A DNA stretch of 64,000 bases from Eledone cirrhosa (Eukaryota): NCBI GenBank assembly GCA_964016885.1, contig OZ024742.1:118172001-118236000 (forward strand), given 5' to 3'. The position numbers and the translations under genes were made by a program. Below are positions 24,157 through 39,649 of the stretch, one piece after another. The notes under the pieces were generated by a model. That model saw only the letters and a program-made list of their open reading frames with translations. It was not told where the DNA came from and did not search any database. How positions within the stretch are numbered: position 1 is the first letter of the stretch; each line of letters starts with the position of its first letter.

Positions 24157-24799
24157 GTGGCTTGGCAGTATCGGTAGAGCGTCGGTATGCTTTGCAGCAT
24201 AGAATTACGGTCCTTTGTGGTCTGAGTTCAAATCCCGCCGAGGTTATCTTTGCCTATCATCCTTACGGGGGTCGATAAAATAAAGCACCAGTAACGTACT
24301 GGAGTCGATTTAATCGACTTTCCCCTCCCCCCTAATTACTGACCTTGTGCCTATACTAGAAATCATTATATTTACATCAAGGGCAGTGGCTTGGCAGTAT
24401 CGTTAGAGGGTCAAACACCATGCTTTGCAGCATAGAGTTATGGCCCTTTACGTTCTGAGTTCCAATCCCGCCGAGGTTAACTTTGCCTTTCATCCTTACG
24501 GGGTCGATAAAATAAAGCACCAGTAATGCACTGGGTAATTGCTGGCCTTGTGCCAAAAGTAGAAATAATTATATATACATCATAGTGATAGATGGACAGA
24601 ATTCGAGCATCGGATAAAATGTCATTGAAGCATTTGTTCTGGCTCTGCATTCAGAGTTCAAGTCCCACCAAGGTCCACTTTTCCTTTCAGCCTTCCAGAG
24701 TCGATAAAATACAGTATAAGTCAAGTAGTCGGATTGAATTAATCAACTTTGCCTTTCCCACAATTTTGTTGGCCTGGTGCCAACATTACAAATCATTAT
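24157..24799 (+). mobile_element. Cluster of three tRNA-derived SINEs
   Basis: Copies at ~24157-24371, 24386-24572 and 24585-24799. Confidence 0.8.
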
Positions 24800-24822
24800 A
24801 GACACAAACACACGCACACACA

Positions 24823-24860
<38 letters not shown>

Positions 24861-24900
24861 CACACACACACATATATATACACACACACACACACGAACG

Positions 24901-24959
<59 letters not shown>

Positions 24960-26425
24960 ATGCATACATACGCTATTTGTACTTTAAGCTGTCACAGCTA
25001 CGTCGTATATTTTTATTTTTATCTCAAATAGTTGATGTGATTTACTCTCTAAAATATGTTTATGATATAACTATTTGTTTGATAGGCTAAAATATGTTTA
25101 TGATATAACTATTTGTTTGATATAGTATAAGGTAAAATAAGAACGTGTTACATTACTGTGTTTTTCTCTGGGCTTTAGCTGTGTACGTGAATTTTATTGG
25201 TGGCCACTGGGAACTGGCACACTAATGTTTAGTGTTTAAATAGAAGCTTCGTAACTCTTGAAATAAAACAATAGCCCACCCACTTCTTTGACAAACAATG
25301 GAAATTTAAAGAGTGTAGGGGAGTTTTGATTTCTGAGAGTATCAGAGGTGCAGTCAAAGAATATAGCAATAACCAAGTATTGAAACTAGATTTACTATCA
25401 CTGCTCGTTGAGAGTTTGCCTTTAGCTTTATAAAACAAACTCTAAATTTGCGAAATATTATAAGACCATTTTTAATGCCGTTTATAAAATAGGTCTAATT
25501 AAATGCTAGTGCTCAAGTAGTTTTCTTTGCCCTCTCGTGTATATATGTATTCTTCAAACAGGATGGTAGTTAGTTTATTTTCTATTATGAAGTTAGAAAG
25601 TCTATATGTATCTAATCTTCAGCATTAAGCGTGGCAGAGAGAAATGAGAGAAGACCTTGCATGAGAAGTAGAGATAAGGGAAAGCTGTGCGAAGCAAAAA
25701 GTGAAGGACGTGTAAGGAAGGAGGGAGGAGTATGTGGTAATAGTATTGAAGAAGTAGATTAAAAGAAGTAGATTAAATGATAGGCAGAAAAATAGTTCAT
25801 ATTAATTTGTATAGAGTTTCCCCAATGACTAACTCAGCTTTTTATTTATTTACTAAATGGATTTTCTCAAAATTTCTCTCTCTCGCTCTCTCTCTCTCGA
25901 TATATATATATATATGTGTGTGTGTGTATATGTGTGTGTGTGTGGGGGGGGGTTAGACTTAATTAACAAAGAGAGGAAAGGGCAACGAACGAAAACAAAA
26001 CAAAACGAAAATGAATTTTTTGAGGGGAAACTCAAAAAATTATTTTAAAAAAATAAAAATACAAACAAAGGTCACAGAACTCCATGATCGGCCGTTGAGA
26101 TGAACTTTGGCAGTTTCGTCCCCTACCAACGGTACTACTGGTCCACCCGTGGTCACACCGTCTGACATAAGCCAAACGGTGTCCAGTGAAGTAAGAGACG
26201 AGAGATAAAACATTAATTTATAGCAATTAAAATAATAACACATACACACGCATGCTTATATATATATACATATATATACATATACATATATATATATATG
26301 AATGTATATATAGTGTATTTTGCAATAGACTATATGCTTAATTAAAAACATTTTGAAGACCATACGCTATTGTTTTAAAGTAGTGACATTGTCGCTTAGT
26401 TAAATTTTCGGCAGACAGGGGGAGA

Positions 26426-26472
26426 TAAGTTGACAGCTCTGTTTCGCACATTTTGGTACTTATCAAAACTCA
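26426..26472 (-). ncRNA. Hammerhead, U3-A8 core (mirror copy)
   Basis: UGAGUU-UUGAUAA-GUACCAAAAUGUGC-GAAAC-AGAGCU-GUC-AACUUA. Confidence 0.65.
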
Positions 26473-26590
26473 CTACTCTCCCTGTGTGCCGAAAATTATG
26501 TGCGTTGGATTCTTATAGAATTCCAGTAACAATCAGGAACTGATTTTACAGAATCCAACACACATACTTTTCGGCAGACAGGGAGAGTAG

Positions 26591-26637
26591 TGAGTTTTGA
26601 TAAGTACCAAAAAGTACGAAACAGAGCTGTCAACTTA
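26591..26637 (+). ncRNA. Hammerhead, U3-A8 core
   Basis: TGAGTT-TTGATAA-GTAC-CAAAAA-GTAC-GAAAC-AGAGCT-GTC-AACTTA; extension TTCGGCAGACAGGG/CCCTGTCTGCCGAA. Confidence 0.7.
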
Positions 26638-27078
26638 CCTTCCCCTGTCTGCCGAATATTTAAGGAAGCAACAATGTCGCTACTTTAAAACAATAGCGTA
26701 TGGTCTTAAAAATGCTTTTAATTAAGCATACAGTGTATTGCAAAATACACTATATATACATTCATATATATATATCGCTATTTCAGAGCACCAATTCTAA
26801 TTATATATATATATTGTTATACTTGGGGAGAGTCATATTGTTGTAATAATATTGCCAGAATTAATAACAGAACACTCACTGTTTGGTTAGTTTTCGCTTC
26901 TGTATCTTTTATATCAGTAAATTTATTCGGTCCTTAATGTTTACCATTGACTGACCAACGGTCAAAAATACAGATATAATATAGTCACAAACACATATAT
27001 ATAGTCTAACAAAGTTCTTTCGTTGCACATCTGCAACATCGTCAGTTGTGCTATTATGTATATATATATATATATATA

Positions 27079-27283
27079 GGAAAAGAGTCAGGATTCCGAT
27101 GGCTGAGCTCCAGCCGTTTCGACATCTAGATCGGAACTGATCGTTCGGATCTAGCTGTCGAAACGGCCGTAGCTCAGCCGTCGGAGTCCTGACTCTTTTC
27201 CTATTACCCACTCCACTACTCTAAGTATTGAGTACTCTGATGAGTTATGGTCCACCTGGTATCTTACCACACCCTCTTTGTTA
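27079..27283 (+). mobile_element. Short fold-back copy of the 301-bp family (diverged subfamily)
   Basis: Hairpin 27079-27202 centred in stem II, then the family 3' end. Confidence 0.75.
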
Positions 27284-29449
27284 TATATATATGAATAAGA
27301 TAAAGTATTTCATGTTTCTGCTTTAATATTTGCTTTCTTTTATTTAATAATGCATGAGGTTATCACAAATTATTGCGGTGTACTTAATTAGCTCTCGTTT
27401 TCAAGGTAATTATACACCCTCCTTTGTTATATACAGCAGCAATTTCTCGCATGTTTCGATCATGGAACAATTCATTGTCCAGGTTATATATTAATTAGAA
27501 GGCGTTTAAAAATCCTTGCCCTGCTAATGTTTCTTTTATCAAGGTTTTACAATTGATGTGAAATGTCAGAACTAATGCCTTATAAATTTCAAGTTTGATC
27601 GATAGCAGGATTTTATAATGAAGACATACATTTTGGTCGTTTAACAGCACTTCACATTTTGAAATAATTATATTTCGAAAGGCTTCTCTTATTATTTTGT
27701 TCTTTCATAGAAAATTTATCGCTAAGTTAGTTGAGTCACTGACGCTGATAATAAAGATAAAAAAATCTAAATACAATGTTTCTCTTTCAGGATCTTAATT
27801 CATTACACTACAAACATTCCTAGCATAATTTCTTGATGTTTTAATTTGATAACTGTAAAATCACCCATTTGATCAAACATAATTGGTGATGTTCCTGCTG
27901 CTGTTATTGTTGTTGTTGCTTTTGTTTTATCCCAAGTCAACATTGACTGAGTAGGCTTATGATTGAAGGCACTGAAGCTATGAATTTTTCTGTACTTGAC
28001 ATTTTCCCGTACTTGACATATCTAAAACTACATTATTCGGCATATTCCTCTCTTTCTCAAGACAGTAGAGGAAATATAGAGGAGATATGGTTGTTATTTC
28101 TATAAAATAATGTCACCCTATAGTGGAGGTTCCTTTATTGGCTCGAACCTAAATTTATCTATCCATTCTGTAACGTTAAACTTTTTTATAGATAATTTGT
28201 CATTTACATGAGATGGAACTCGATCGCACGAGTCTCCCTGTATTTGTTCCTAATCCTAAAGAGCAGTAGCTATGATTGTTAGAGTATTATCAGCATTAAT
28301 TGCTTGCTGTAGCCGTTTGGTTTCAGTCTGGTATATATTTTATCGATTTCTATTTGTCAAATCGCTAACTAAACGGGATATGAATTGATGCAAACATAAA
28401 TACTGGCACAAACACTATCACACACACATCCACACAGACAAATATATATATATAATAAAAGACTAGACTTAAATGTTAGGTTACATTTCACACAAATACT
28501 AACCCTCATAGTTGTTCTCATTTTGGACAATGTATATATATACCAGATAAGGCTTATGTTCAGCTTTTATCTTGCATACATTGAAATTCAATGTGGTAAC
28601 AATGGCAGAATTAACCGGTGTTACTTTGAGAATATTTTGTTATCTAGGGAATCAAAACTGTTGTAATTTTCATAGAATTCTAAAGATTTGTGGAACACTG
28701 ATCTTTAGATAGTTCTTGTTTAGTGTTGTATTCTTCCATGCGTATATTGTATCATTCAGTCATATCCATGATATTATCCTTAAACCTAAAACGAGGACTT
28801 CCTACGATTTCTTTTCGGTGATAACTTATTGCATTGCAGCATTTTTTTCTGAATAGGATTGTCTTCCAAGTAAATAATGTTAAATGAAGGTGATCTTTCA
28901 TAAACACGTTTTACAAGAATATGAAAAGAATACTTCAATAATATGTGAAATATTATACGTTCTTCTTTGAGAGTTTTAAGTGGAAATATTCCAGGATTTT
29001 TTTTTTTTTTTTTTTTACAAGAGGACTTGCCAGTTATTGCCATCCAGCGGTTCGGATACCACAAAAGCAGTATGTGGCAGTATTTTTGGCAGAAAGAGAC
29101 GAACTAACTCCAAATTTAAAAATTCCTTAGTCACTTAACTCAACCTAATTGAAATCTCATCACACACTGTGGTACAGGATAACATGGTATTTTAAAGGTA
29201 GTGGAGCTTGTTCACAGCAAATTATCATTTAGGTGATTGAAGGATAACAGTCGAAACAATTAGTTGAGACAATGGATGAAACATTCTCAGGACAATTAGC
29301 TATGAGAGGAGTGTATTTAGGTAGTTTTCTTGTTTCTCTCTCCCTCTCTCTCTCGCCCACTCTCACTCTCTCTCCCTCTCCCGAAATATAACCTAATCTT
29401 TGAAATCATGCTATAACGTATGGGAAACAGTTATTATCAGTCACCACTT

Positions 29450-30150
29450 TTAGTATTTTGTGTGGCCATTAGTAGAGTTTCTGTAGGGCCAGACCTACAA
29501 AATGACTGCTCCACTTTTTCATTGAGAACGCTGTCGAGACCCATGTTGTTGCACTTGCCATCTTGTGTTTCGAATAAGAAAGTGCTTGCTCATTTCGTTT
29601 CTTATAGACGGCATCCACTTCAGATTTCTCGGATCAGAAGCATTTTCTCATAGTTCCCAATTACACAATATGTCTGATAACTACATATTTCTGGAGTATC
29701 TCAATGTCAGTTATGACTCCTCACACTTTCTTCTATATGTTAAAAGCCTCAGTTTTGTCCTTCTAGCAATATTTATGGCATTCTCAACTGGGAACTTAGC
29801 TGCTGTGTAACGTGTGTTGGTTTAGAATATTAAATTAAACACGATTAATTCCTTTGACGATGGAGAGACAGTGTAAAATGTCTTGATCACTGATTTGGGA
29901 TATGCTTTAACCCTGACAGTAGTGTTGCTCCATCAAGAAATAGTTGGTGTTTAGATGACTTCTCTGAATCAACAAACGGCTTTCAATTCATCATATAGTG
30001 CTTTCGTTGCTATAGTTTCAAGCTTCTCGGACAGCATGGATTCTTCAGGGATTGTGATTACTGATAAATGGTTCGTTTACACTATCAGTCAATCGTTTGA
30101 TATACGTGTTTTCTGAAGCATTTTATGTATGCCTTTTATTCAGTTTAGTT
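29450..30150 (-). mobile_element. Possible very old LINE (RTE-like) remnant
   Basis: Weak RT-like fragments (KALYDEL-like) on the minus strand; no ORF. Confidence 0.25.
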
Positions 30151-33100
30151 GGAGTGGGCACTGGTTTCTCCCCTCAAGAAAGCAAAGTCGCTTCATACTA
30201 GTGAGGTCACGTAGCACTGATGGCATTGTGTTTTGCTGATTGCAAACATCTATCTCCTGGGGGGTATTCGTTGATGAATCTCAGGAAGACTTTCACCAGT
30301 TAACTGTATATTAACGAGGCTTATAGGTGAGGGCTTTACTTGATTAAAAGGGTTGTTGGTATACTTGTTAGAAATTAGACGTTATCAGAAATGTAGATTT
30401 AATCTCTGTATGAAGGGGTCTAATTTTAATACTTCGAGAAGTGTTCATTAGTGTGTAGTCAATTAAGTTCCAAGATGGTGTTTGTAACAATGACTCTACA
30501 TTCACAGCAGATCTAACGAGCTTATGTTTTCAAATGATCATTAAGAAAATGTTTCAGTAAAAATCTATTTTAATAAATATGCTGATAGTATTTTAAGAAA
30601 TATTTAGGTGTGTGTAGATACGACTAGAGAATTAATTGTTTTTCTGTTGCGAAACTGTTCTTGGTTTTACTAATTGCTACAATATGGTAACTGATCTACA
30701 ACGACTACGTCCTTTACCTTCCTGCTATTGGCGTTAGATATAATAACTGTAATTATAGTCTTTATAGTGATGGCGCCCATGATTATAATGGTGATGAATA
30801 CTGATAATAGTAATAGTAAGAAAAATGGGACAGAAGTTGAAAATGAAGATTATGTTGATAGATTTAGTATGTATAGGCATGCATTTATTTGTTTATTTAC
30901 TGAGTTTTATAATTTGAATAATGTTTTCTCTGTCTGAAGCTACGAACCAGGGCAGTTTTCAAGTGCACATGAACTGTCTTAAACATGAACTCGCATTTTT
31001 TAACAGAATTAATTTGTGTTGCCTCCTTTGGTAGAACATTACAGTAGCATGCAAACTTGTATCAATCAAACTTTGCTCTATCTAAACGAAATTAATACGG
31101 CATGTTTTTCATCTAACTGTTTTAGTGTAAGCTGGTAACTACTATTTATGCAATCTAATTATAAAATAAACAAATTTCTGTATTTTCCTTTCGCTTCTTA
31201 TATCCATGTTTATAAAATTCATGTTCTTTTCTATAACTCTAATATTTTATTCTGAATTTTGACGCCAAAAAGCAAACTAGATACAACATATTTACGTTTA
31301 TTCATTTTAAGACGCTTATTTGCTTGGCGTTTATTGTGCATTTCCCCATAGCTTTTATATATCTAATCTTTCAACTGTTTTATCTCTTGTGAAAAGAAAT
31401 ACGGTTTCTTGATTAACTTGTATTTTATTTCCAGTTCAAGTTCAGAATTCTTCTCTCGTTCCAGTTTCCTCCTAACAAAAACATTATGTTACCATTAGTA
31501 TTCTAATGAGTGTGGAGTGCATCAGGGATTTCTCTGTATATTTAGTTAATTTTCCGGTGGAACTCCTTCACCCACAGCGCTAATGACATTGAAAAGGATA
31601 AATTCTCATTTCTCTTCAAGCTCCTTCCTCAGGGTTTGATATTAAAAAGAAGATATGTGCTAATGTTGCGGAATGCAGACGATTGTGTAACTTTCCGCGG
31701 CTTCAAAGATACAATACATCTTTCTAGAATATCATTGCAGCTGCGAAAAAAGTTATATTTTGGTCTTTGATTATTTTCCTGAATTCCACTCATTGGTGAG
31801 TAGTGTTAACATTTTTCATCTTTTTGTCCCCAAATGATAAAGTACACCAATCCTCTCGACGTGAGGGGCTCCATAGCCTATTGACATCTTTTGGAAGATG
31901 CATACCATGAACAATGACCAAAATTAGTTTTGCGTCTCGTAGCCATAATACCCGTGTGGTCCGTTTTACTTATTTTAAACCTGGATAGAAGGGCTTGGAT
32001 TAAGGCTACTTTTATTTTGTTAAGTGAAGGGTAGACGGTTTTCTGAAACCTCTTTCTCCGGTAATTGATCTTGCTTTATACGTTCTTACACACCATTTTC
32101 TATTGACACCCAATTATGTATTTGACTCTAATTATCATTTCAGGTTGTTATAAAGGTCTGAGAGAATACTGATATTTTCTTTTCATTTTCAGAATATAAA
32201 AGTAATGTTCTTTTTTAAAGCATATTCATGTAGTGGAGTTGCAGCAATTATATTATTTCTTATAGAATAATTTGTTTTGAAGGAGAAATCATAAATGTGC
32301 ATTGAATAGTGCTTGGCAACTTCAAACCAATAAACATTTAAAATGCTGAATACATTAAACCTTCAACGTGATTGGTTTGCTTCTACTTGTTGATAGTCGA
32401 AAATGAGGAAATAACCGTAGAAGTGATATGCTGCAGTATAAATTATAACTTTGAAGTATATTTGATGTAATTCACAACATGGCAAATTAAAAAATTATTT
32501 TGAAGTAATTGCCTTGAAATGTTATAGATGCAATCATTCTGAAATATTACAGCAAACGTAGTGGCATTAAAATTTATATAAAATAATAAAAACTACCGAT
32601 TTAACTGCCCTTTTACATTGCTTTGTGTTTCTTTCTTTCTAATTTCTGTTATTTTCCATTTCTCTACCATATTACCGGAAGATGCAGCAATAACCGATGA
32701 GGCATATCTGCACCCTAGATAAGTCACCTCTCAATTTTAGATTTTTTGTTTATGCCATTTGAATTCAGTGCAACCGTTAGTTACCTACTGTGTCCGCTTT
32801 TTAAAGCAACGACACCCTCAAACTGACATGTGACTTGTATATTTCAATTCATTTGTTTCTTAGTTAGATGTCTCTAATCGTGTACTATTGTTGTGCTTAG
32901 GAGTGTATCTTTCTTTAGTTTCTTTTATTATTTTTTCATTTGTTTTTTTATATATAACAATTGATTTGTTTATCACTGAACGCTATTCTAATCCAACATA
33001 TATTATATTAACATTGCCCCTCCATTTTAGTTTGCACATAATATCAATATTTCTAGACACATCTACATGAAATTCTTTACACATGGTCTATCAGCAGCTA

Positions 33101-34666
33101 ATATCTATTTACTCTTAATCGATTTTCTACATTTTTTATTGCTAAGATAAGTTGTCAGTTGACAACTTTCTCTTGACCTTCTTCTTTTAATGCATTTCTT
33201 GCAAATATAGACTTTTATTATTCGATAACGAATCAAGTATTTATTCCATGATTTGTTTTCTTTTTCTCGTATATCGTATAATTAGCAATTGCTATTATCC
33301 AAAGTATTTGAACATATTTTTCTATACACTTTCATACTAATGGCTTGAGTCAATATTGTTTCTTTATTTATTTTTCGTTAATACTATATATTATAACTTC
33401 CAATAGTGTTTTTCTTCACTATTTGTATTGATGTATGGATGGATGAATATATGCATTTATACGCATGTATCTTTTTATGTCTTATTTATCCTATCAATCC
33501 ATAGTTTTGAACAATATATATATAATGGATTGTTGTTGGAAATCTATGGAGCAAATAGAAAAGAAATAGGTTATCTAACGTCATTGAAATCAGTAGTACT
33601 TTATATTTCGACCACTTTGTTTTCCCGCCAACGACACATTGAAACTGTATTGTTGCAGTCCCTTCTCTAAATTTAGCAAAGCTTAATCAAAAGCTAGGAG
33701 TATGTATACTTTTCTCGCAAGCTTAATTTCATTGCTCCACCATTGAAACAAGAGTGGTGACCTGTTAGCAAACATATCCTTATGTTGTTTTTTTTGTCTA
33801 TTTTTTTTTTTTTGTTGGCTTACCAAGCACAATTACATTCTCCCTATTCCCAGTTTAATGGAAGCTAATCTTGTTGCGTTTGGAAACGACTGTGATGTAC
33901 ATGTAACTGTTTAGTCAGGAAGAGAAAGGCAGTTCCGATGAACCTTTACTAGATGACTGAGGTGTGAAGGAGAGAGAAATGCGTGTACCCTCGAATCGGG
34001 GAGCTTATACGAAGGCTTGAAGCAAAGTGCGCCTATGGGTCAAGTAGTGAGGTTAAACAGAGAGACAGAGTATGAATTTCATCCATTTGATGGTTTATGT
34101 AACCGTTCTCTTTCTAATCATTCGTGACATTTGTACATCATCTCTGTCCTGTTTGCCTAGTTATGTTATAGTAGACCATATTGTCGTGTCGTAGATACAT
34201 TTCAGTCACATTTCCGGTTAATAGATGTTGTCTGTAATGATGAGGCCGTATTTGTAGCAAAGTAGCCTATTTTTTGTTGTACAACAACTTAAACTTGGGC
34301 ATTAAAATGTCCTGTTAGTATCTGCTTGTGCATCTGGAGTATGCTGCAGAACTCTTCTGTTTCATCAAAGCACTGAGCAAGGTTGCATAGAATTTCTTTC
34401 CTGTGAGAATTATCAACCCCATTATCCGGTCACAAATATAATAACTGCTAAATCGACGCTGCTTCTTTCCACCACTAATTCCACGAAGTGGTGTACCTCT
34501 CCAGTCCCCTAGTATCTCCTGTTTCTAACAACAGCCCACGGGACATTATTTTACACCTTTGGGCAGGAAACAGTCAACGTGATCTTCGGTAATCTCTGTG
34601 ACAATCGATCCATATATAGACACATATATACATACATACATACAAACATATACATGTGTGTCTCTC

Positions 34667-34763
<97 letters not shown>

Positions 34764-35626
34764 TATTTATCCTGTTCTAAATCGAAAACTAATCGAGAAA
34801 TATGTTCCCTATGAACGTATTGCTGAAACTTTACCCTCGCCTTTGTTTTGCTTGACAACATAATTTCAGTGCATTAATATGAATTTGTATAAACAGAGAA
34901 ATAATATTGAGCATCGTGGGGGTTAGCTGACAGGATTCTCTCGCACTGTCTAGGAAAGTTTTGTAACTTGAAGCAGTTAAATGAAAGCCTTCGTAAATTC
35001 TCATTTCAACACTCGGAATTCAGACCAACTGTCTAATATACAGTATTTTTTTACCTCACTATGACTCACAATAACCAAGTGATATCACGGCTTCTCATTA
35101 GTTAGTTTTCAAAAGCAAAAGAATTATTCACACTGAAAAGAATGTTATGTAAACTGAGCCTCACAATCTTGTGTGGCAAAAATTTTACAAATTTAATAGT
35201 TAATATGTTTTCATATCGAGAATATTTATTTATTTCCTGTATTTGTAGTATTGCTGTTGGGCAAGCCTTTCTTGGTTCATTTGACTTCAGCATTCAAAGC
35301 AATTAGCAGGTAATTAGTACGGAGCTACTGACGAAGAAATGCTCTTCGTAACGGGAGGTAGTAAGTTACTCCCATCGTACATTTAAGCCAACGCACACTC
35401 CATTCAAGCACACCTGTCCCAGATATGCCAGAATTCACAGCTGGTGGCAGGGATTCAGAATTTTATGTCAAGGCTGCCTATGTTTATACTCGAACAAATG
35501 TAATAAGAAGAAAAGTATTTATAATCTGCCAAGTTTCAGCAGATATTTTCTTCCAGTCAACAAATATTGATATTGTGTATTCTGTTAAAAAAAGGTCTTA
35601 TGAAACTGAGTAAACCTATCTATTTA

Positions 35627-35766
<140 letters not shown>

Positions 35767-35873
35767 TGCCCGCGCGTGTGTGTGTGTGTGTTTATGTAAT
35801 AGTTTCTTTTAAATTTGCTTTCATTTTGTACGCGGAATCATGAAATTCTATGTATGCATGTTCACACTTACGA

Positions 35874-35955
<82 letters not shown>

Positions 35956-36193
35956 TATTTGTCATTGTTTTCCTAGGTGTCACACTCTTTAACTTTTGCG
36001 TTTACTCTGGATAATGTATTAACTTGTTGCTCCATGAAGTGCTTTGCGATTGCCTCAAACAATGCGATTAGTACCTCCTGTATTGCGACTACAACTTCGA
36101 TATATATATATATAGATAGATAGATTGGTAGATAGATAGAGAGAGAGAGAGAGAAAGAGAGAGGGGAGGAGAGAGAGATAGACGTATGAGCCC

Positions 36194-36249
36194 CACCATG
36201 ACCACAAGTGGTTTCGACTTGTGTGTTCAACAAGGCTTTTCAAGCGTGT
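36194..36249 (-). ncRNA. Degenerate hammerhead, U3-A8 core
   Basis: UUGAAAA-GCCUUG..CAAGUC-GAAAC-CACUUGUG-GUC; stem I poor. Confidence 0.4.
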
Positions 36250-36314
36250 ACTCTGCATCTCCCCATGCATTGAGTACTCCCATGATTTGTGATCTCCTCG
36301 GTCTCAGCACCACA

Positions 36315-36402
<88 letters not shown>

Positions 36403-36755
36403 GTATTTAGTGATTGTAACGTCCAGTTACTATAGGTTCACCACAGTGAGTATTCGATACGTAGTTTCCAGTAGGTATATTGATATCGTACTAGGCAGTG
36501 TGTAATATTAATAATAATAAAAAGGATGAAGGTTTAAATCTTCATTATGTTTATATGGGTGTGACGCATGTTTCGCAATTTATCCGTCCTTACCATAACA
36601 GAAGTCCGACAAGTTTTTTATTCCAGAGTCGGGTCAAATCGAATACAGATCGAGCGTTGAGCTGATCAAGAATAGATATTATTCGGAAGTTATGCACAGT
36701 GAATGAGACTTCATTCAGTACAGTAAGGGTATTTAATACACAAACCTGTGCAACA

Positions 36756-36801
<46 letters not shown>

Positions 36802-36804
<3 letters not shown>

Positions 36805-36987
36805 AACAAGTATGACCCCGACAGCAGAGCTCAAGCCGTTTCGACGGCTATTTCTGGATATAGCCGTCGAAACGGCTTGAGCTCTGCCGTCGGGGTCATA
36901 CTCGTACCTATTACCCACTCTACTACCCTAAGTATTGAGTATTTTGGTGCGTTATGGTCCACCTGATTCCTTACCACAATTCCTTCG

Positions 36988-36990
<3 letters not shown>
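36802..36990 (+). mobile_element. Short fold-back copy of the 301-bp family
   Basis: Hairpin 36802-36910 centred on GACGGCTA..TAGCCGTC; (TA)n flanks. Confidence 0.8.
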
Positions 36991-37050
<60 letters not shown>

Positions 37051-37069
37051 TGTGTGTGCTTGTGTGTGC

Positions 37070-37113
<44 letters not shown>

Positions 37114-38519
37114 GGTATGCATGTTGACTAATCAGTGAATGATGATGTAATTCGATTTAAGCATTCAACGTCATGTATTTTCTTCTAAATATGATTTGTT
37201 AGTCAGTAACGGAGTATATGTTGAGTAAGAACAATGCGAAGTTCGGTGTAGATGTTAAGAAGGTCTTTATTAACAAAGCTGTGATACATATTTCAATGAC
37301 GATCGTGGCTACCTGATTGTTCAGTCATACAACCAGTCACACGATACCATGAGACAGCATCTCATTTAATAAGGTAACGGACAGAAATGATGTTTTCATA
37401 GCCAAAGTTCGTATATATGTGCGTGTGTGTGTCTGTGTGTCTGTCTGCATAATTTTAACTCATTTAAAGTTTTGAGTCGTTATATTTATATTAACTTCTG
37501 TTTTCTAGTAGCTGTCAGTTATGGTACACGAGAGTTCATATTTTAAATATAAGAAATCTTTATATCCCATGCGGGTGAGTCGGAAATGCCATCTGAAAGC
37601 TCACGTTCGCCTTCTTTTGAAGTCAATCGCGGAGACAATATTATAAATGAACATTTTATTATGTTACCGAACGGAGATGAAATATTCTTGAGGATATAAC
37701 TTGAAGATGGTTGTCTATTGCCAGAATCAGTTCCTTTACATAACCTGAATTGAGCCTTCTCTATGTTTCTCTTGCATACGCATCATTAATTTAGTATGAT
37801 ATTTAATACCTCGTGCTCTCTCTATTGTTATCATTGTATGTATTTATGACACATATATGTATGCCGCACAAACAAAATAATTATCCTTATCTTTTGAGTT
37901 AATGTTAAAATTCCAAGTTTAAACACTCCTTCCCTTTCACCGACAGAGTAAAAGAGAAAAGCGACGTTATGTATTTAAAATTGAAATTTATTTTAATCGG
38001 CTTTATTTGAGATATAGTCTCGAAGACAGATAAAATTTGTATAAATAATTAACTTTATCAAAATTAAACGGCTTTCTTTAATATTTATGAAGCATAATTT
38101 GTTAGAGTAAGTTTTGTAATATTTACCAAAAGATTTGTATGATAAAAGTTTGTTTATATATGTTTACATAAATATGTTTGGCTTACACACATATTCGAAT
38201 GCACAACTGAAGACTAAATAAAAATGTAACGTTTATCTTTCCAAATTGAACAAATAACTTGATACGATGTATTCAAAAGGCATGCAATAATTCAGAAAAA
38301 AACATATTTCATACACCATAAACATATATGCATTTGAAACAATCCATTTTAATAGGTGCATAAATGCGTTTACAAAAGGAGAGGTGAGGTTTTCCAATAC
38401 TGAAAACTTATTAACCGATCACTGGAGGGTGTTTTTAAGCCCTACTATTATAACTCAGGCCCATATAACCTGGACTACCAGAGTTCAGAGCATTAGGAGA
38501 TAAACCAATACCTAATAAT

Positions 38520-38708
38520 TGTTTCTACTTTTGGCACAAGGCCAGCAATTATCCCAGTGCATTACTGCTACTTTATTTTATCGACCCCGTAAGGATGAAA
38601 GGCAAAGTTAACCTCGGCGGGATTTGAACTCAGATCATAAAGGGAGGTAACTCTATGCTTCAAAGCATGGCGTCCGACCCTATACCGATACTGCCAATCC
38701 ACCACCCT
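38520..38708 (-). mobile_element. tRNA-derived SINE with 11-bp TSD
   Basis: TACCTAATAAT at 38509-38519 and 38709-38719. Confidence 0.9.
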
Positions 38709-39649
38709 TACCTAATAATGTTACTTATTTACAACTAAAAGATTAGCCCAGCATGCGTTGAGCATCTTGACCAAAAATTCCGCGAGGGAAGATCACGAAT
38801 CAACAACTCTTGGCCAGTTCAGTAATCTGGTTGGCATTGCCAAATTGTATAAACAACTACTTAAGTATTTATTACAAATTAGGTAATGTTGGCAAACTGT
38901 CTCAAAAGATTACATCCTTGGTGATAATATGTATACTCAATTACTATATCATCACATCACTAAGTTGTTTGTGCTTTACATCTGGATATAAGATATGATA
39001 AATTTGATAAACAAAGAACAAGTTGACATAAACTATAAGGTGAATCTATTGCGCCATAGAATGATTCACTAAAGTATATTATGAAATACTGTAAGCTATA
39101 TATAATGCACGATGAAATATATTTTACTTATAAGTTCCATTGATTTTTAATTATTTTCCAAGCAAATGTCGGTTAGCACTTCAGCAAATATGGCAAACAG
39201 AGAGTTTTGATATTTAAAGTAGTTTGTTGATATAATTGTGGAAGTCTTCTAAATGATGTCAGATAGACATTTGATATTTTACTCAGTTATTACTTTACTT
39301 TTGCGTCTACTTTTTGCTTTCAGTAATTTTATGAAAATGAGATTCTCCTTGAAGTTGCTCAACGGCATTGCATTCTTTTATTAAAAGAGGATTTCGATAT
39401 TTCATAATTGTATGTATTCATAGTTATATAATAGTGAGAAATTAATGTTTTTATGGAGGTGGCAGCTTTTCATTACTAATGGCTTCTTTCTAATTATTCA
39501 TTGATATTCTAAAGAATCTACAGAGTTTCTATTTACTTTTGCTTCTCTTGAAATAGAAGAAAAATCCATTATATAAATCTGTATAAAGAGGAAGATGAAG
39601 ACGTCGAGTATAATTACATATACATACAGCCTAGAAAGAATGCCCTGGC

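Larger units (their letters stand above)
26290..26802. mobile_element. Fold-back hammerhead element
   Basis: Inverted arms ~26290-26515 and ~26548-26770; homologous to 16706-16930; (TA)n flanks. Confidence 0.8.

Noticed and set aside
25050-25122. 38-bp local tandem duplication
   Set aside because: Ordinary slippage-type duplication with no further structure
27008-27050. Minus-strand CUGACGA-stem-GAAA motif
   Set aside because: Stem II is good but the cleavage triplet/stem III is incomplete; at best a dead copy, so not listed as a ribozyme
31434-31795. Possible exon (polypyrimidine-CAG ... G/GTGAGT)
   Set aside because: No open frame or recognisable protein; such sites arise by chance
35322-35392. 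Hammerhead-like CTGACGA..GTAAC motif
   Set aside because: GAAA is broken and no stem I can form
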